NCBI RefSeq assembly: GCF_032116555.1
Contig: NZ_CP134950.1
Location: 124,001 to 158,620, forward strand
DNA length: 34,620 bases
Direction: 5' to 3'
From: Halorarum halobium
GTDB lineage: Archaea; Halobacteriota; Halobacteria; Halobacteriales; Haloferacaceae
Position 1 is the stretch's first letter; the number at the start of each line of letters is the position of its first letter. A model generated the notes under the pieces. That model saw only the letters and a program-made list of their open reading frames with translations. It had not been told where the DNA came from and did not search any database. The translations under genes were made by a program, and so were the position numbers. Positions 25,680 through 34,620 of the stretch are shown piece by piece.

Positions 25680-26350
25680 GGCTGTGCCCGTTCAGTCTCT
25701 CGATACGTGACGCCGAGGTCGAGGTCCTCGTACATCCGGTCGAGCATCGCCAGCGCCGACTGGAACTGGGCGTAGTTCTCGCGCATATACTCGATTGTCT
25801 CTGCTCTCGGGATCACCGGGTACCCTTCGACGTACTCGATATCGAGTGACGTGCGTGGCTCGAGGACGATCTGCAGCGGACCGTCCAACTCGTCTCCGGG
25901 CTGTCGCTCGAAAGCAGTGGGGAGGTCGAACGACTCGAAAAACGCCTCCCAGGCGTCGACGTCCTGCTCACGAACAGCGAGGAACAGTGGATAGTCATCC
26001 GGATTCCGCCCTACTTGGTAGCCGCCTTGGGTCCACACGTAGACGGCGTCGATCCGCGTAAACGCGGACGGCCAGTCGCCGAACTGAGGGATAACATAGG
26101 CTTCCTCGATGGAGGGTGGACTGACGCCGGCGCTGGCAGCGACGAGTTCGCGGGCTGCGTCACGGATGTGCTCGTCGACGACAGCAAGCCCGTCGTCATA
26201 GGAAACGTAGCCTGCGTCTTCGAGCCGATTGACGGCCTGTCGCACCGTCTCGTACGGCGTGTGGAGGTGTTGGGCGACACGACGGATGGAGTCACCACTC
26301 TCGATGGCGAGGATAATCTGCGCCGCCGTGTCGTCGAGAACCTCGTACAT
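25676..26350 (-). CDS. HTH protein, putative AbiEi-like antitoxin/regulator
   Basis: N-terminal wHTH (SIRRVAQHLHTPYETVRQAVNRLEDAGYV). Translationally coupled to the nucleotidyltransferase. Confidence 0.7.
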   Translation of the reverse strand: MYEVLDDTAAQIILAIESGDSIRRVAQHLHTPYETVRQAVNRLEDAGYVSYDDGLAVVDEHIRDAARELVAASAGVSPPSIEEAYVIPQFGDWPSAFTRIDAVYVWTQGGYQVGRNPDDYPLFLAVREQDVDAWEAFFESFDLPTAFERQPGDELDGPLQIVLEPRTSLDIEYVEGYPVIPRAETIEYMRENYAQFQSALAMLDRMYEDLDLGVTYRETERAQP

Positions 26351-26662
26351 CTGGTGGTTACCAATAATCCGGTAACAGTTAAAAGTCTTACTAGAGGTGC
26401 GGTTAGAGTGACTCCGACTGACTTCGATAAACGCGTCAGCTCGCTGTGTCTTGAAGCCGTCACAGTCCTAGTAATGCGGATCGTGATTCAGTTCCAATGT
26501 GGGGACTTGTTGGCCGAGAGCGGCGACGGCGAGGGCCGTACAGCAGGCGTGCGTACCTGATCCCTCTCCGGATGTTGTTGAACAGGTCTCAGGATCGTCA
26601 TCGCTGGCGTGGAAGAAGTGACGAACGCGTTGATCGCTATTACGGGGGTGGAGAATACCTCG

Positions 26663-27146
26663 TCATTCGGTTTGCTCGTCGGCGGTTTCTTCGAGTTGAT
26701 TGCCTTCGTCCTCGTCGAAATCATCCGGAGTGTACGTCATCGGGGCCAACTCGTCGTCACCGAGATCGAGAATCGAATAGAGCGCTTCGACGAAATCATA
26801 CACGGGTCCAGGCGACAGGTCTGTGAGGCTCGCGATCTGCCGGATCGTGACGTCCCTTACTGTGTGCCATCACGAGATCGTATGCGAATGCGAACGTGAT
26901 GATGCCGTAGTCTGCGAGGACCCGCTCGATCGCGGGGGACTCGTTCTTCTGGGCGATTCCCTCGATGAGTTCGGGCGTGATCGAGACTTCCGTCTCGCGG
27001 ACCGTCAAAGCCAGTTCGAACTCTTCAACGGTGTACACGGCGGTCCCGTCATCGTCACCGACTTTGCTGGTCAGGCCCGCCTGCTCCAGATTACTGACGG
27101 CATCGTAGAGCGCCAGCTCGTCCTTATCGGGCATCGTCATCACCAA
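26663..27146 (-). pseudogene. Truncated, frameshifted wHTH transcriptional regulator remnant
   Basis: LYDAVSNLEQAGL...SITPELIE...AHSKG continues after a frameshift at ~26855 as DVTIRQIASLTDLSPGPVYDFVEALYSILDL... (HTH) to TGA at 26663. The N-terminus appears to be missing. Confidence 0.55.
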
Positions 27147-27367
27147 CTCAGCGGATAGAGCTTCTCGTAGTAGTTCTCCAACACTTACGCTTCGCCGTTC
27201 TCAGCGTTAGCTTGCCGGATGTATTGGCACCCTCCGTGTACTCATTTTCGAGATTAGTGGTCATTGGAAGGCATCTCTCGCTAAGAGATTGATCGGTGGA
27301 TAACGTTCTGTGTTTTGTCCGATATGCGTCTTGTATCTTCAAGTGAGACAGGACGAATGTAGGCGCT

Positions 27368-28102
27368 ATGGACGAAGAACTAGCTCTGGATCTCGTTCGA
27401 GAACTCCGCAGCGAATACGAGGAAAACGCGGTGATAGGACGCGAAATACAGGGTGAGACAGTTCAGAATCGTCATCAGGACTCATTCGAGATTCGTGCAA
27501 ATCGGATCCCTATTCCGTATGATTGGGTAAATGGAGATGATCTCCCCGAGATATCCAAAGTTAATCTTCCATCCGTGGTTTCCGGCTTCCATCAGGCAGA
27601 ACGCTGGTTCTTGATCGATCGGCTTTATGAGGCCGATAATGTCCCGACAGTGTCGATTCCGGAGATTACGCATAATAATCTCGTAAAGCCGCTGTCAGAG
27701 GTCTACGATCCAACCCATCTCTATGTTCCCCAATCTGAGCCATTTCTTGGTGTTCAGTCACGACAAGCCATCAATAGCGTCACTGACTCCTTTGATTCCC
27801 TCGAAGAGGTAGGACTGAATACCGACAATCGGGAGGATGTGGACGCCTGTTATGCGATCCGTGGAGACTACATTCGACTTGACCAGTGTACTCGTCTTCC
27901 GTTAGACCAAGCAGAGTGGCTCCCCGACAGAACTGCGACCCCTACGAATGAGCAGATTCCGGAACATCCGCTATATTGTGCGTACGGGACGTCTGAGGAC
28001 ATTGAGGCTGAGTATCTGCTGGCTGTGGCCTCTGTCCTCTCGAAGAACCCCACTATCCGAGACAACGCAGCTGTGAGGATTGAATTGGGAGATGATGCGT
28101 GA
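27368..28102 (+). CDS. Hypothetical protein
   Basis: 244-aa acidic ORF with an ATG start and no recognisable motif. Confidence 0.65.
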   Translation: MDEELALDLVRELRSEYEENAVIGREIQGETVQNRHQDSFEIRANRIPIPYDWVNGDDLPEISKVNLPSVVSGFHQAERWFLIDRLYEADNVPTVSIPEITHNNLVKPLSEVYDPTHLYVPQSEPFLGVQSRQAINSVTDSFDSLEEVGLNTDNREDVDACYAIRGDYIRLDQCTRLPLDQAEWLPDRTATPTNEQIPEHPLYCAYGTSEDIEAEYLLAVASVLSKNPTIRDNAAVRIELGDDA

Positions 28103-28378
28103 TTCTGTCGGGGGTATGATCCCTACTCTGCCCATCATTTGATACTTCCATTTAAATTCCAGACACGATAAGAAACAAGACCTAGCAGCCAGGCCGTACT
28201 GCCGTCCTAGCCATAATTTCGTATTCGTTGCACTGTCAGCTTTTACGAACGAGACACGTGCTCTATATTCAACGCGGCCTCAACGATCTATCGACGACTG
28301 AGGATTTCAACAGAGTCACTTTACCTCCCATCTGGAGATTGGGGAGCATATCTTTCCACCGGGTCTACAGCCGTACTC

Positions 28379-29800
28379 TTAGCTGAGGTTCTCGTCAATT
28401 TCGGTCGCCGCTTGGATAATCAAGTCAGTACTAACCGCTGGTCCGAACGTCCGCATGAGGACAGACTGTGATTCATCAAACATACATTCGGCCAATAACC
28501 TACCATACGCGGTCAGCTCCCACCCATCCTTACTCCCGGTTAGTACAGGCCGCTGCTCCCACTTTCGGCCCGCAAGATCCGTACAGATCTGGGTGACTTG
28601 CCCTTGATATGATGTTTCGGAACCGATATCCCGTGCTATCTGTTTCGAACTGATCGCGCCCTTACTGTTGTGAATGGCCGAAAATACGTCAAGCGCATCT
28701 AGTCCGCGAGTTTTCTTCTCCTGGATTCGATCGGCATCTGTCCGACAATGGCGATACAAAATATTCCGTTCTAGAATTCTACACTCTTCGACTAGGGTTA
28801 CCACACGGTCATATTGGATGAACTCCTCTAGCTCAAACTGCTCTGCTGGACCGTGTTCGGCTTGAAAACCACCCCAGTGTCCAGATGATCCGACTGGATA
28901 ATCCGACTCGATGCTGTTGTCGATCAAAACGAAGAGAAGATCCCGACAGTCGATACCCCTCTCGTTCACTCCTGTTTCCTGCGAGTCAGTATCGCCTCGC
29001 TTTTCGAGCACCCGAGAACGGAACTCTGACATCGATCGTCGAGGGGCAATCGGTTCCGGTGCTTCGTTGAGGATCTCTCTAAGCCGGGAGATCATCGCCG
29101 TTCGATGTTCATCCCACAGATCGCCTTGCACTCGCCACTCACGCTCCCATTCAGCCCATTCACGATCGTATGTCAGCTCATGCTCGAGCTGTTTTTGAAG
29201 GGCTGAAATGATCTCGTTCATGTACTTTTGCCGTTGCTGCATTAATTGATCACCGAGTCCGGCTGGTCTGTGGTCGAAATAGAGCCCTTCAAGAAAGCCG
29301 TAGGCAATATCTTGTAGCACTTCGTCTTCGTCCATCTCACCCGGAGCAAGTGAGAGTTTCCGGGCTAGCTCACCGATATCCCTGCCGAATTCCTTCGTAC
29401 TCGACATCGGACGGCCGATGTCTGTCTCAGTGTCAGAGGCCATCCGACACGCTTCTACGATCTCCGAGTCATTGCTGGGCTCTTCAAAATCGGTAAGCTC
29501 TGGGGCTCTTTTCCTTCGGGTTGACGGTTGGACGGGGTACTCGTCGAATCCGAGTAGACCAACCCATCCGTCCTTCCACGACCCCTCTGTGAGATAGTCG
29601 TTCGCGTGGAGTAAGAAAATGTCCGCTAACAGGTGGTCGATCCGATATCCGAGGCGGTTGATCTTCGTCTCGATTCGGGCCTCCATATTCGTTTTCGATT
29701 CGCCCCCTGGGTCTCCCGACCGGATATACCTCCGTTCAGCTCCGGTTAGTGCGTATGCGGGGCTCCCATGTGTGTCCGCTAGCGGTTCGTTTTCGCTCAT
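28379..29800 (-). CDS. Hypothetical protein with C-terminal winged-helix domain
   Basis: ~473 aa, acidic. C-terminal ALDVFSAI...ISSKQIARDIG...VTQICTDLAG...WELTAYGRLLA. TATA-like TTTTATA about 28 bp upstream of ATG 29800. Confidence 0.7.
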   Translation of the reverse strand: MSENEPLADTHGSPAYALTGAERRYIRSGDPGGESKTNMEARIETKINRLGYRIDHLLADIFLLHANDYLTEGSWKDGWVGLLGFDEYPVQPSTRRKRAPELTDFEEPSNDSEIVEACRMASDTETDIGRPMSSTKEFGRDIGELARKLSLAPGEMDEDEVLQDIAYGFLEGLYFDHRPAGLGDQLMQQRQKYMNEIISALQKQLEHELTYDREWAEWEREWRVQGDLWDEHRTAMISRLREILNEAPEPIAPRRSMSEFRSRVLEKRGDTDSQETGVNERGIDCRDLLFVLIDNSIESDYPVGSSGHWGGFQAEHGPAEQFELEEFIQYDRVVTLVEECRILERNILYRHCRTDADRIQEKKTRGLDALDVFSAIHNSKGAISSKQIARDIGSETSYQGQVTQICTDLAGRKWEQRPVLTGSKDGWELTAYGRLLAECMFDESQSVLMRTFGPAVSTDLIIQAATEIDENLS

Positions 29801-30006
29801 CTGTACCAATATGTCGGGTAGGAAATCGTATAAAAATGGCCTGTGGAAGTACTGCCAGCTACTTCTTTAAATATCGGTTGCGAGCCCACTTGTGATCGAC
29901 CAGTGGTGCAATCACAGAGGGCTCGGGTTGATGCCGGTGCTCAGAGCCCCCGTCGCAACGTGAGTGCGAACAATGGAACTATTGGCTCCCACTGGGATGC
30001 TCTGAC

Positions 30007-31731
30007 ATGGTCAACAACGAAACAAAGCTTTCCTTCTCAGTAAAAAACAACCCTGGCGTCTTCGCCTTATTACTGGGTTCAGGAGCTTCTACAGAGGCTG
30101 GCATCCCTACTGGATGGGATATTGTCCAGGACCTCATCCGAAAAATTGCTGACCAGTACGACGAAGAGATCGAATCGGCCCCCTCCGAGTGGTATGAGAA
30201 TACATTCGACGAAGAAGCGAGATACGACAATGTCATTGAGCAGGTCGCTCAATCAAAGGAAGAGCGACGATCGCTGCTGGAAAAATACTTCGAGCCGACT
30301 GCTCTCGAACGTGAACAAGGTGAAAAACTCCCTACCGAGGCTCACAAGAATATTGCTTGGTTAGTTGAGGAAGGGTATATCGGGATCATCATCACGACAA
30401 ACTTTGACCGATTACTCGAGCACTCCTTCATTGATCGGGAGCTCACTCCGCTGGTCACATCATCCGCCAGGGACGTCCGAGAGGCAGAACCGCTGCAACA
30501 TCAAGAATCGCTCATCCTCAAAGTCAACGGTGACTACAAGGATGTCAATCTGAAGAACGTCTCTGACGAGCTTGACGAGTACGAGGATAGTGTTGCGAAC
30601 CTTCTCAGTCAGGTTTTCTCAGAATACGGGCTCATCGTCTGTGGGTGGTCAGCACGCTATGATACTGCCCTGCAGGAGCTTCTAACGGACAACGCGTGTG
30701 ACCGCTATCCTACATACTGGGCGAACTATGGCGGCTTGGAAGACGAAGCACGTGCGATCATCGATGACCGGGATGCAATACAGATCCCTATTGATGGCGC
30801 AGCCGCCTTTTTTACAACGCTCACGGAGAACGTCCGCGCTCTCGAAGGCGCAGAACGCGAGGGACCATTAACTAACGAAATCGCCCGGGAACGCACCAAA
30901 CGGTATCTGAGCCAATCAGAGAAGAACATTGCTCTCGGCGATCTCTTCCGAGAGGAAACAGAACGGGTGTATCAACGGATCTTCTCCGAGGAACGATATT
31001 CACTTGATCACGAGGTTGATCGCGACGCTGTATACCAGCGGTTTGAGAGCTATGAACAGGAACTGAGTGTCTTGGCGACCGCAGCTGCCACGTGTGCCTA
31101 CTGGGGGCCGAAAGGCGAGAACGGTGGTCGCTTCGCATTAGAAAATATGATCGAGCGCTTAGGCTCACCGCCAAGTCCTGAAAGCCGTACCCGTATGGGG
31201 TCGTGGATGGCGCTTAGACAGCGATATCCGATTGCTTATCTTTCGTACGCGGTGGGCATCACAGGTATGGAAGTTGCTAATTGGGATGCCGTGCGAGCAG
31301 TTCTGCGTGAACCTGAACTCGAGAACTTGCGGGGTGATGTTGCCCCGCTTCGGCAGATTCATCCGTGGGAAATTGGGACCGAATTTCCCGACGGAGGCTG
31401 GGGAAATCGGAATCTGCGACCGCGTCTGAAATCTGCTGTCCGACCGATTCTCTCCGAATATATCCCGTCAGATACGCGCTTTGAGGAGCGTTCACGGGAG
31501 TTTGAGGCGCTGCTTGACTTACTTCTCCTCGTCTCGAAGGAGGTCGACGAGGATCAACGGCTTCCTCACTTCGAGCAAAACTACTACAAAGAAACGCTGA
31601 ATTCCTTGGAAGCGGAACTCGAAGCGAAAGGTGAAGATTGGGGGCCAATACAGATCGGGTTGCTGCCGGCTGATATTGATACTGTAAGCGCCTATCTCTC
31701 GAATCTTGAATCGCGCTTTGATCCATACTAA
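30007..31731 (+). CDS. SIR2-like (SIR2_2) NADase-family protein with helical C-terminal region
   Basis: FALLLGSGASTEAGIPTGWDI, PTEAH, IITTNFDRLLE, LKVNGDY (usually HG), LIVCGWS..YD. Confidence 0.85.
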   Translation: MVNNETKLSFSVKNNPGVFALLLGSGASTEAGIPTGWDIVQDLIRKIADQYDEEIESAPSEWYENTFDEEARYDNVIEQVAQSKEERRSLLEKYFEPTALEREQGEKLPTEAHKNIAWLVEEGYIGIIITTNFDRLLEHSFIDRELTPLVTSSARDVREAEPLQHQESLILKVNGDYKDVNLKNVSDELDEYEDSVANLLSQVFSEYGLIVCGWSARYDTALQELLTDNACDRYPTYWANYGGLEDEARAIIDDRDAIQIPIDGAAAFFTTLTENVRALEGAEREGPLTNEIARERTKRYLSQSEKNIALGDLFREETERVYQRIFSEERYSLDHEVDRDAVYQRFESYEQELSVLATAAATCAYWGPKGENGGRFALENMIERLGSPPSPESRTRMGSWMALRQRYPIAYLSYAVGITGMEVANWDAVRAVLREPELENLRGDVAPLRQIHPWEIGTEFPDGGWGNRNLRPRLKSAVRPILSEYIPSDTRFEERSREFEALLDLLLLVSKEVDEDQRLPHFEQNYYKETLNSLEAELEAKGEDWGPIQIGLLPADIDTVSAYLSNLESRFDPY

Positions 31732-32079
31732 GCCACTTTGGGGAACACCAATGTGTCTCTTCATCGACTACTGAGCTTACAGCAGATCGGCATCCTCCTC
31801 GAATTTAATCGGACAGCGCTCCAATCTATAAACGCAATCTATGAGGTCGGACTTGGCGAGGAGGTGCCGCCACGATACGTCGTCCTCGATCTGGTGAGGG
31901 CTATCTTGGCAAATGCCGTATTGGTGATTTTCACTCCTCCTTCGCTGAGATGGCCTTCTCGTCGAGGAGACTCATCTCTGCTACCACTTTCACTTTGGTT
32001 CACTGAGATATATGTGGGCCCGTACCCTTAGAGAGAAGCAGAGGGCAGTGCGTCCCTCCGTCACACGCTTCACATTCAT

Positions 32080-32217
32080 ATGAGCACTCAGGCCCCACAC
32101 CTCGGTGACTGCCCGCACTGCGGTAGTGAGATTCTGTCTCATCATACGCTGATAGAGTATGCAGGCGGTGTCTGGGCCGAATGTCCCGAGTGTCGGGACG
32201 TCGTCGACCCACAGTGA
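32080..32217 (+). CDS. CPxCG-type micro zinc-finger protein (45 aa)
   Basis: Hand translation MSTQAPHLGDCPHCGSEILSHHTLIEYAGGVWAECPECRDVVDPQ; below the ORF-track cutoff. Confidence 0.8.
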   Translation: MSTQAPHLGDCPHCGSEILSHHTLIEYAGGVWAECPECRDVVDPQ

Positions 32218-32223
32218 GTCTCT

Positions 32224-32370
32224 ATGTTACGCGTCTTAAAGCGGCTGTCACCGAGCTCGACTGATACAACGGAACTGTTCGAATGTCGGTCTTGCGGGAC
32301 CAGTTTAGATGAAGGCCAGGAATCCTGTCCCGAGTGCGGCTGTAGTGAAATCGCTCGGTACGAGTTATAG
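32224..32370 (+). CDS. CPxCG-type micro zinc-finger protein (48 aa)
   Basis: Hand translation MLRVLKRLSPSSTDTTELFECRSCGTSLDEGQESCPECGCSEIARYEL; its 3' end overlaps the convergent PadR gene. Confidence 0.78.
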   Translation: MLRVLKRLSPSSTDTTELFECRSCGTSLDEGQESCPECGCSEIARYEL

Positions 32371-32640
32371 ATCGACGTACTGGCGTTCCCAGTCACGTCG
32401 AGCTTCGAGTTCTCGCTGACCGCGTTTGGTAACTGTATAGACGTTTGTCCGGCGATCTTTCTCTCCTTTCTCGACGAGCCCCTTTTCGACCAGCGTATCG
32501 AGGTTGGGATAGAGACGTCCGTGGTGGATCTCTGATTCGTAGTACTTTTCGAGTTCGTCTTTGATTGCGAGGCCGTGAGGTTCCTCGATACCTGCAGTGA
32601 CCGTGAGCAGATCACGTTGGAAGCCAGTGAGATCGTACAT
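32365..32640 (-). CDS. PadR-family wHTH transcriptional regulator
   Basis: MYDLTGFQRDLL...PHGLAIKDELEKYY...HGRLYPNLDTLVEKGLVEK...RRTNVYTVTKRG, the typical haloarchaeal PadR pattern. Confidence 0.9.
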   Translation of the reverse strand: MYDLTGFQRDLLTVTAGIEEPHGLAIKDELEKYYESEIHHGRLYPNLDTLVEKGLVEKGEKDRRTNVYTVTKRGQRELEARRDWERQYVDL

Positions 32641-32794
32641 CCTTCCGCGCAGGTTTACCCGCTCTTGGTATAATTCTACAGGATTACAGGATAGTCAGCG
32701 ACAGGAACACGATCTGTCCGACTACTTTTCTGGTAGTTGGATACGGGCCTACATCCTAGAATCGTACTCTCCGCGAGTACCTGCTCTACTAGAT

Positions 32795-33250
32795 TTATCG
32801 GTTAAGCAGTGAGGATATCCGATCCCAGTCAGCGAGGGCTAGGAGGGCGAGGGCAATGATGAGTCCCAATCCGAGAATGCCACTTCCGACCCAGAGCCGG
32901 ATGTCCGTGAATTGGAGCACCTGCGTCATACCGACGACCAGTGGGATGAATCCAAATACAAGGAAACCTGCATAGGGGAGGTACTTTTCGCCGATCCGTT
33001 CAAGGAACACTCGTTTTGCCCGGGCATTCTCCTGTGCTGCGACAGCGTTCGCCCGTTCAGTTATTGCCCGCTCTCGGTCGGCGGCGGCCTGTTCGTATTC
33101 CGCTAGCGCACTCGCTGCTCGTTCAAGTCGATCTAACTCTTGGTCTGAAAGATCAGCGAGTTCCTCGTTTTCGATCCGTAATGAGGTTTCTGAGGGATCA
33201 AATTCCGGCTGCTCAAATTCGAATGGGTCGGTGTTATCGGATTCGCTCAT
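32795..33250 (-). CDS. Membrane protein: acidic/coiled-coil N-terminus plus two C-terminal TM helices
   Basis: YLPYAGFLVFGFIPLVVGM and LWVGSGILGLGLIIALALLALA. Its start overlaps the KTSC gene by 17 bp. Confidence 0.72.
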   Translation of the reverse strand: MSESDNTDPFEFEQPEFDPSETSLRIENEELADLSDQELDRLERAASALAEYEQAAADRERAITERANAVAAQENARAKRVFLERIGEKYLPYAGFLVFGFIPLVVGMTQVLQFTDIRLWVGSGILGLGLIIALALLALADWDRISSLLNR

Positions 33251-33446
33251 ATGGAAATTTGTCCTTGATGCGTCGGTGATGGTATTTGCCGTGTGATGCG
33301 GCGTTCATCAACCCGTTGTAGACCGATTCCGGGACGTTGAAGTACTGGTACACCCGGCCACCGTGGAACTCGATTTCCAGGGTATTTGTTGCGGAGTCGT
33401 AGCCGACACTTCGAAGGTTGCTGGAGGAGACAGGTGTTCTATTCAT
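33234..33446 (-). CDS. KTSC-domain protein
   Basis: VSSSNLRSVGYD....TLEIEFHGGRVYQYFNVPESVYNGLMNAASHGKY....IK, a canonical KTSC pattern. Confidence 0.92.
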   Translation of the reverse strand: MNRTPVSSSNLRSVGYDSATNTLEIEFHGGRVYQYFNVPESVYNGLMNAASHGKYHHRRIKDKFPYERIR

Positions 33447-33862
33447 GCTCTTGGTGTTTTTCTATGTGAGCAGTGTATTTGACACTCGATTCTCACCAAT
33501 TGATAGGAAAAGAGCTACCATAAGCTTTCGCCGGCCGGATAACCGATATCTCACGGCCGCGAGAGGGAGTTGCTGTTTATATCAACGAACCTCATTATTG
33601 AGAGCCACACAACCTAGTGAAGAAGCTCTGTTGAGACGTCAATAGCGGGTACGATTCGGTCGGAGTGGCTTCTAGTCGGTTAGCCACTCATCAAGTACTT
33701 GGCTAGTTTCTAGATGCACATTACGTAAACCAGGATTTCGACTGGTGGGTGTCGCTCTACATATAGCGGGATGGGGTTCATACGAACCGTCCTAACTATT
33801 CGAGTCGAGGTGTCTGGGAACGTTGGCACGAAGTACTTATAGATGCCTTTCGGACGCCCAAT

Positions 33863-34431
33863 ATGGGCCTCTTCGAGACCTTGTTTAGTTCATCCACCAC
33901 CGATTCCGTGCATCAACCGCAGCAGCCAGCGCAGCACGAAATTTTTCCAGACGATGAGTACAACGTGGCGTATGCTGTCGCTGCCCGTCGGGAGGAACTC
34001 GGCGCTTAGAACAGCTTCTCGAAGCGGATCAAACCTCCCCGACTGCCGTGGAGTCAGAGCCACTTCTTCGGAAGGTCATTGATGATATAGAGCGTGAGGG
34101 AGAACCATCTCTTCGCCTCCGTGCCTCGGGTGAGGAGCTCGTCGACGATCTTCGTGAACTAGTGGAGCAGTGGGACGATCAGATCGATGGTCAAATTGGC
34201 ACAGTGTGGTGGCCGATTGGGGCGGATACCAGGTTCAGGTTGTATCTTCACTATCTGGAGCTTCGCGCAGACGCGGAGGATGACCAATTTTCGTTCCCAG
34301 AGTCTGCTGGGCAGGTGCATACCCTCGTTCAGCGGGGACTCAGTGTAATCGAAGACGATGACAGCTCAAAGCTTGCAGTAGTCCATAAGCAGGATATTCC
34401 TTGGGAAGAACCGACAGAGGCTGCTGATTAG
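33863..34431 (+). pseudogene. Frameshifted paralogue of 23410-23976 (copy 2)
   Basis: ATG 33863 MGLFETLFSSSTTDSV...AYAVAARREE, then a 1-bp loss at ~34000 gives TAG at 34007-34009. The downstream frame (ORF 34048-34431) matches copy 1 to the end. Confidence 0.8.
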
Positions 34432-34620
34432 AGCCGTCTCTGGTATTTCTGCCTTTCTGGTGACGGAGGATCTACTGATCAATTTCCTATTGTGTGATAT
34501 CTGTTCCTCATAGTGGGTAGAGGAAGCGCTATTTCTCGCCTGTCTCTTCGTTGCTCGCGAGAGCTATTCTAACCCACGCATCAAATCCATCCGTTCAATT
34601 CATATACCTAATCTATGCAC

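Noticed and set aside
28229..28317. Possible IS6-like MITE ends (TGCACTGTCAG ... TTTCAACAGAGTC) and a similar GCTCTGTTGA near 33624
   Set aside because: The ends match each other poorly, there is no target-site duplication and no transposase. At most a degenerate scar that cannot be supported from this sequence.
31738..32031. 97-aa ORF after SIR2 and possible minus-strand remnant
   Set aside because: TTG start, non-acidic composition and no motif; cannot be supported as a gene.

Overview
This window is a haloarchaeal accessory or defence island. Evidence for the host: very acidic proteins, an Orc1/Cdc6 gene, CPxCG micro zinc-finger proteins, and TRAM and PadR genes of haloarchaeal type. Left to right it holds: (1) a three-gene type II CBASS on the minus strand (CD-NTase, a single E2-E1-JAB Cap2/Cap3 fusion, and a TIR-SAVED effector that runs off the left edge and is missing from the ORF track); (2) orc1/cdc6 with upstream TTCCGGAAAC repeats; (3) a CoiA-like nuclease, a GmrSD type IV restriction enzyme and a GNAT protein; (4) two divergent ThsB/MTH538-like TIR genes, one with a putative membrane anchor, coupled to a 4-TM protein and a small KOW/SH3-like protein; (5) a PLD-SNF2 helicase next to an Eco57I-like N6-adenine methyltransferase locus; (6) TRAM, an AbiE-like nucleotidyltransferase/HTH pair, orphans, a stand-alone SIR2 protein, two micro zinc-finger genes, PadR and a KTSC + 2-TM pair, bracketed by two diverged copies of one hypothetical gene. 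The most striking structure is at the methyltransferase locus. A ~1.47 kb segment carrying the promoter and constant N-terminus lies between perfect 56-bp inverted repeats (18717-18772 and 20240-20295). It is flanked by two outward-facing alternative catalytic/specificity halves and an adjacent tyrosine recombinase, so it is a candidate archaeal specificity-switching invertible locus. No tRNA, rRNA, CRISPR array or intact IS was seen. All family calls come from reading motifs by eye; no database searches were run.
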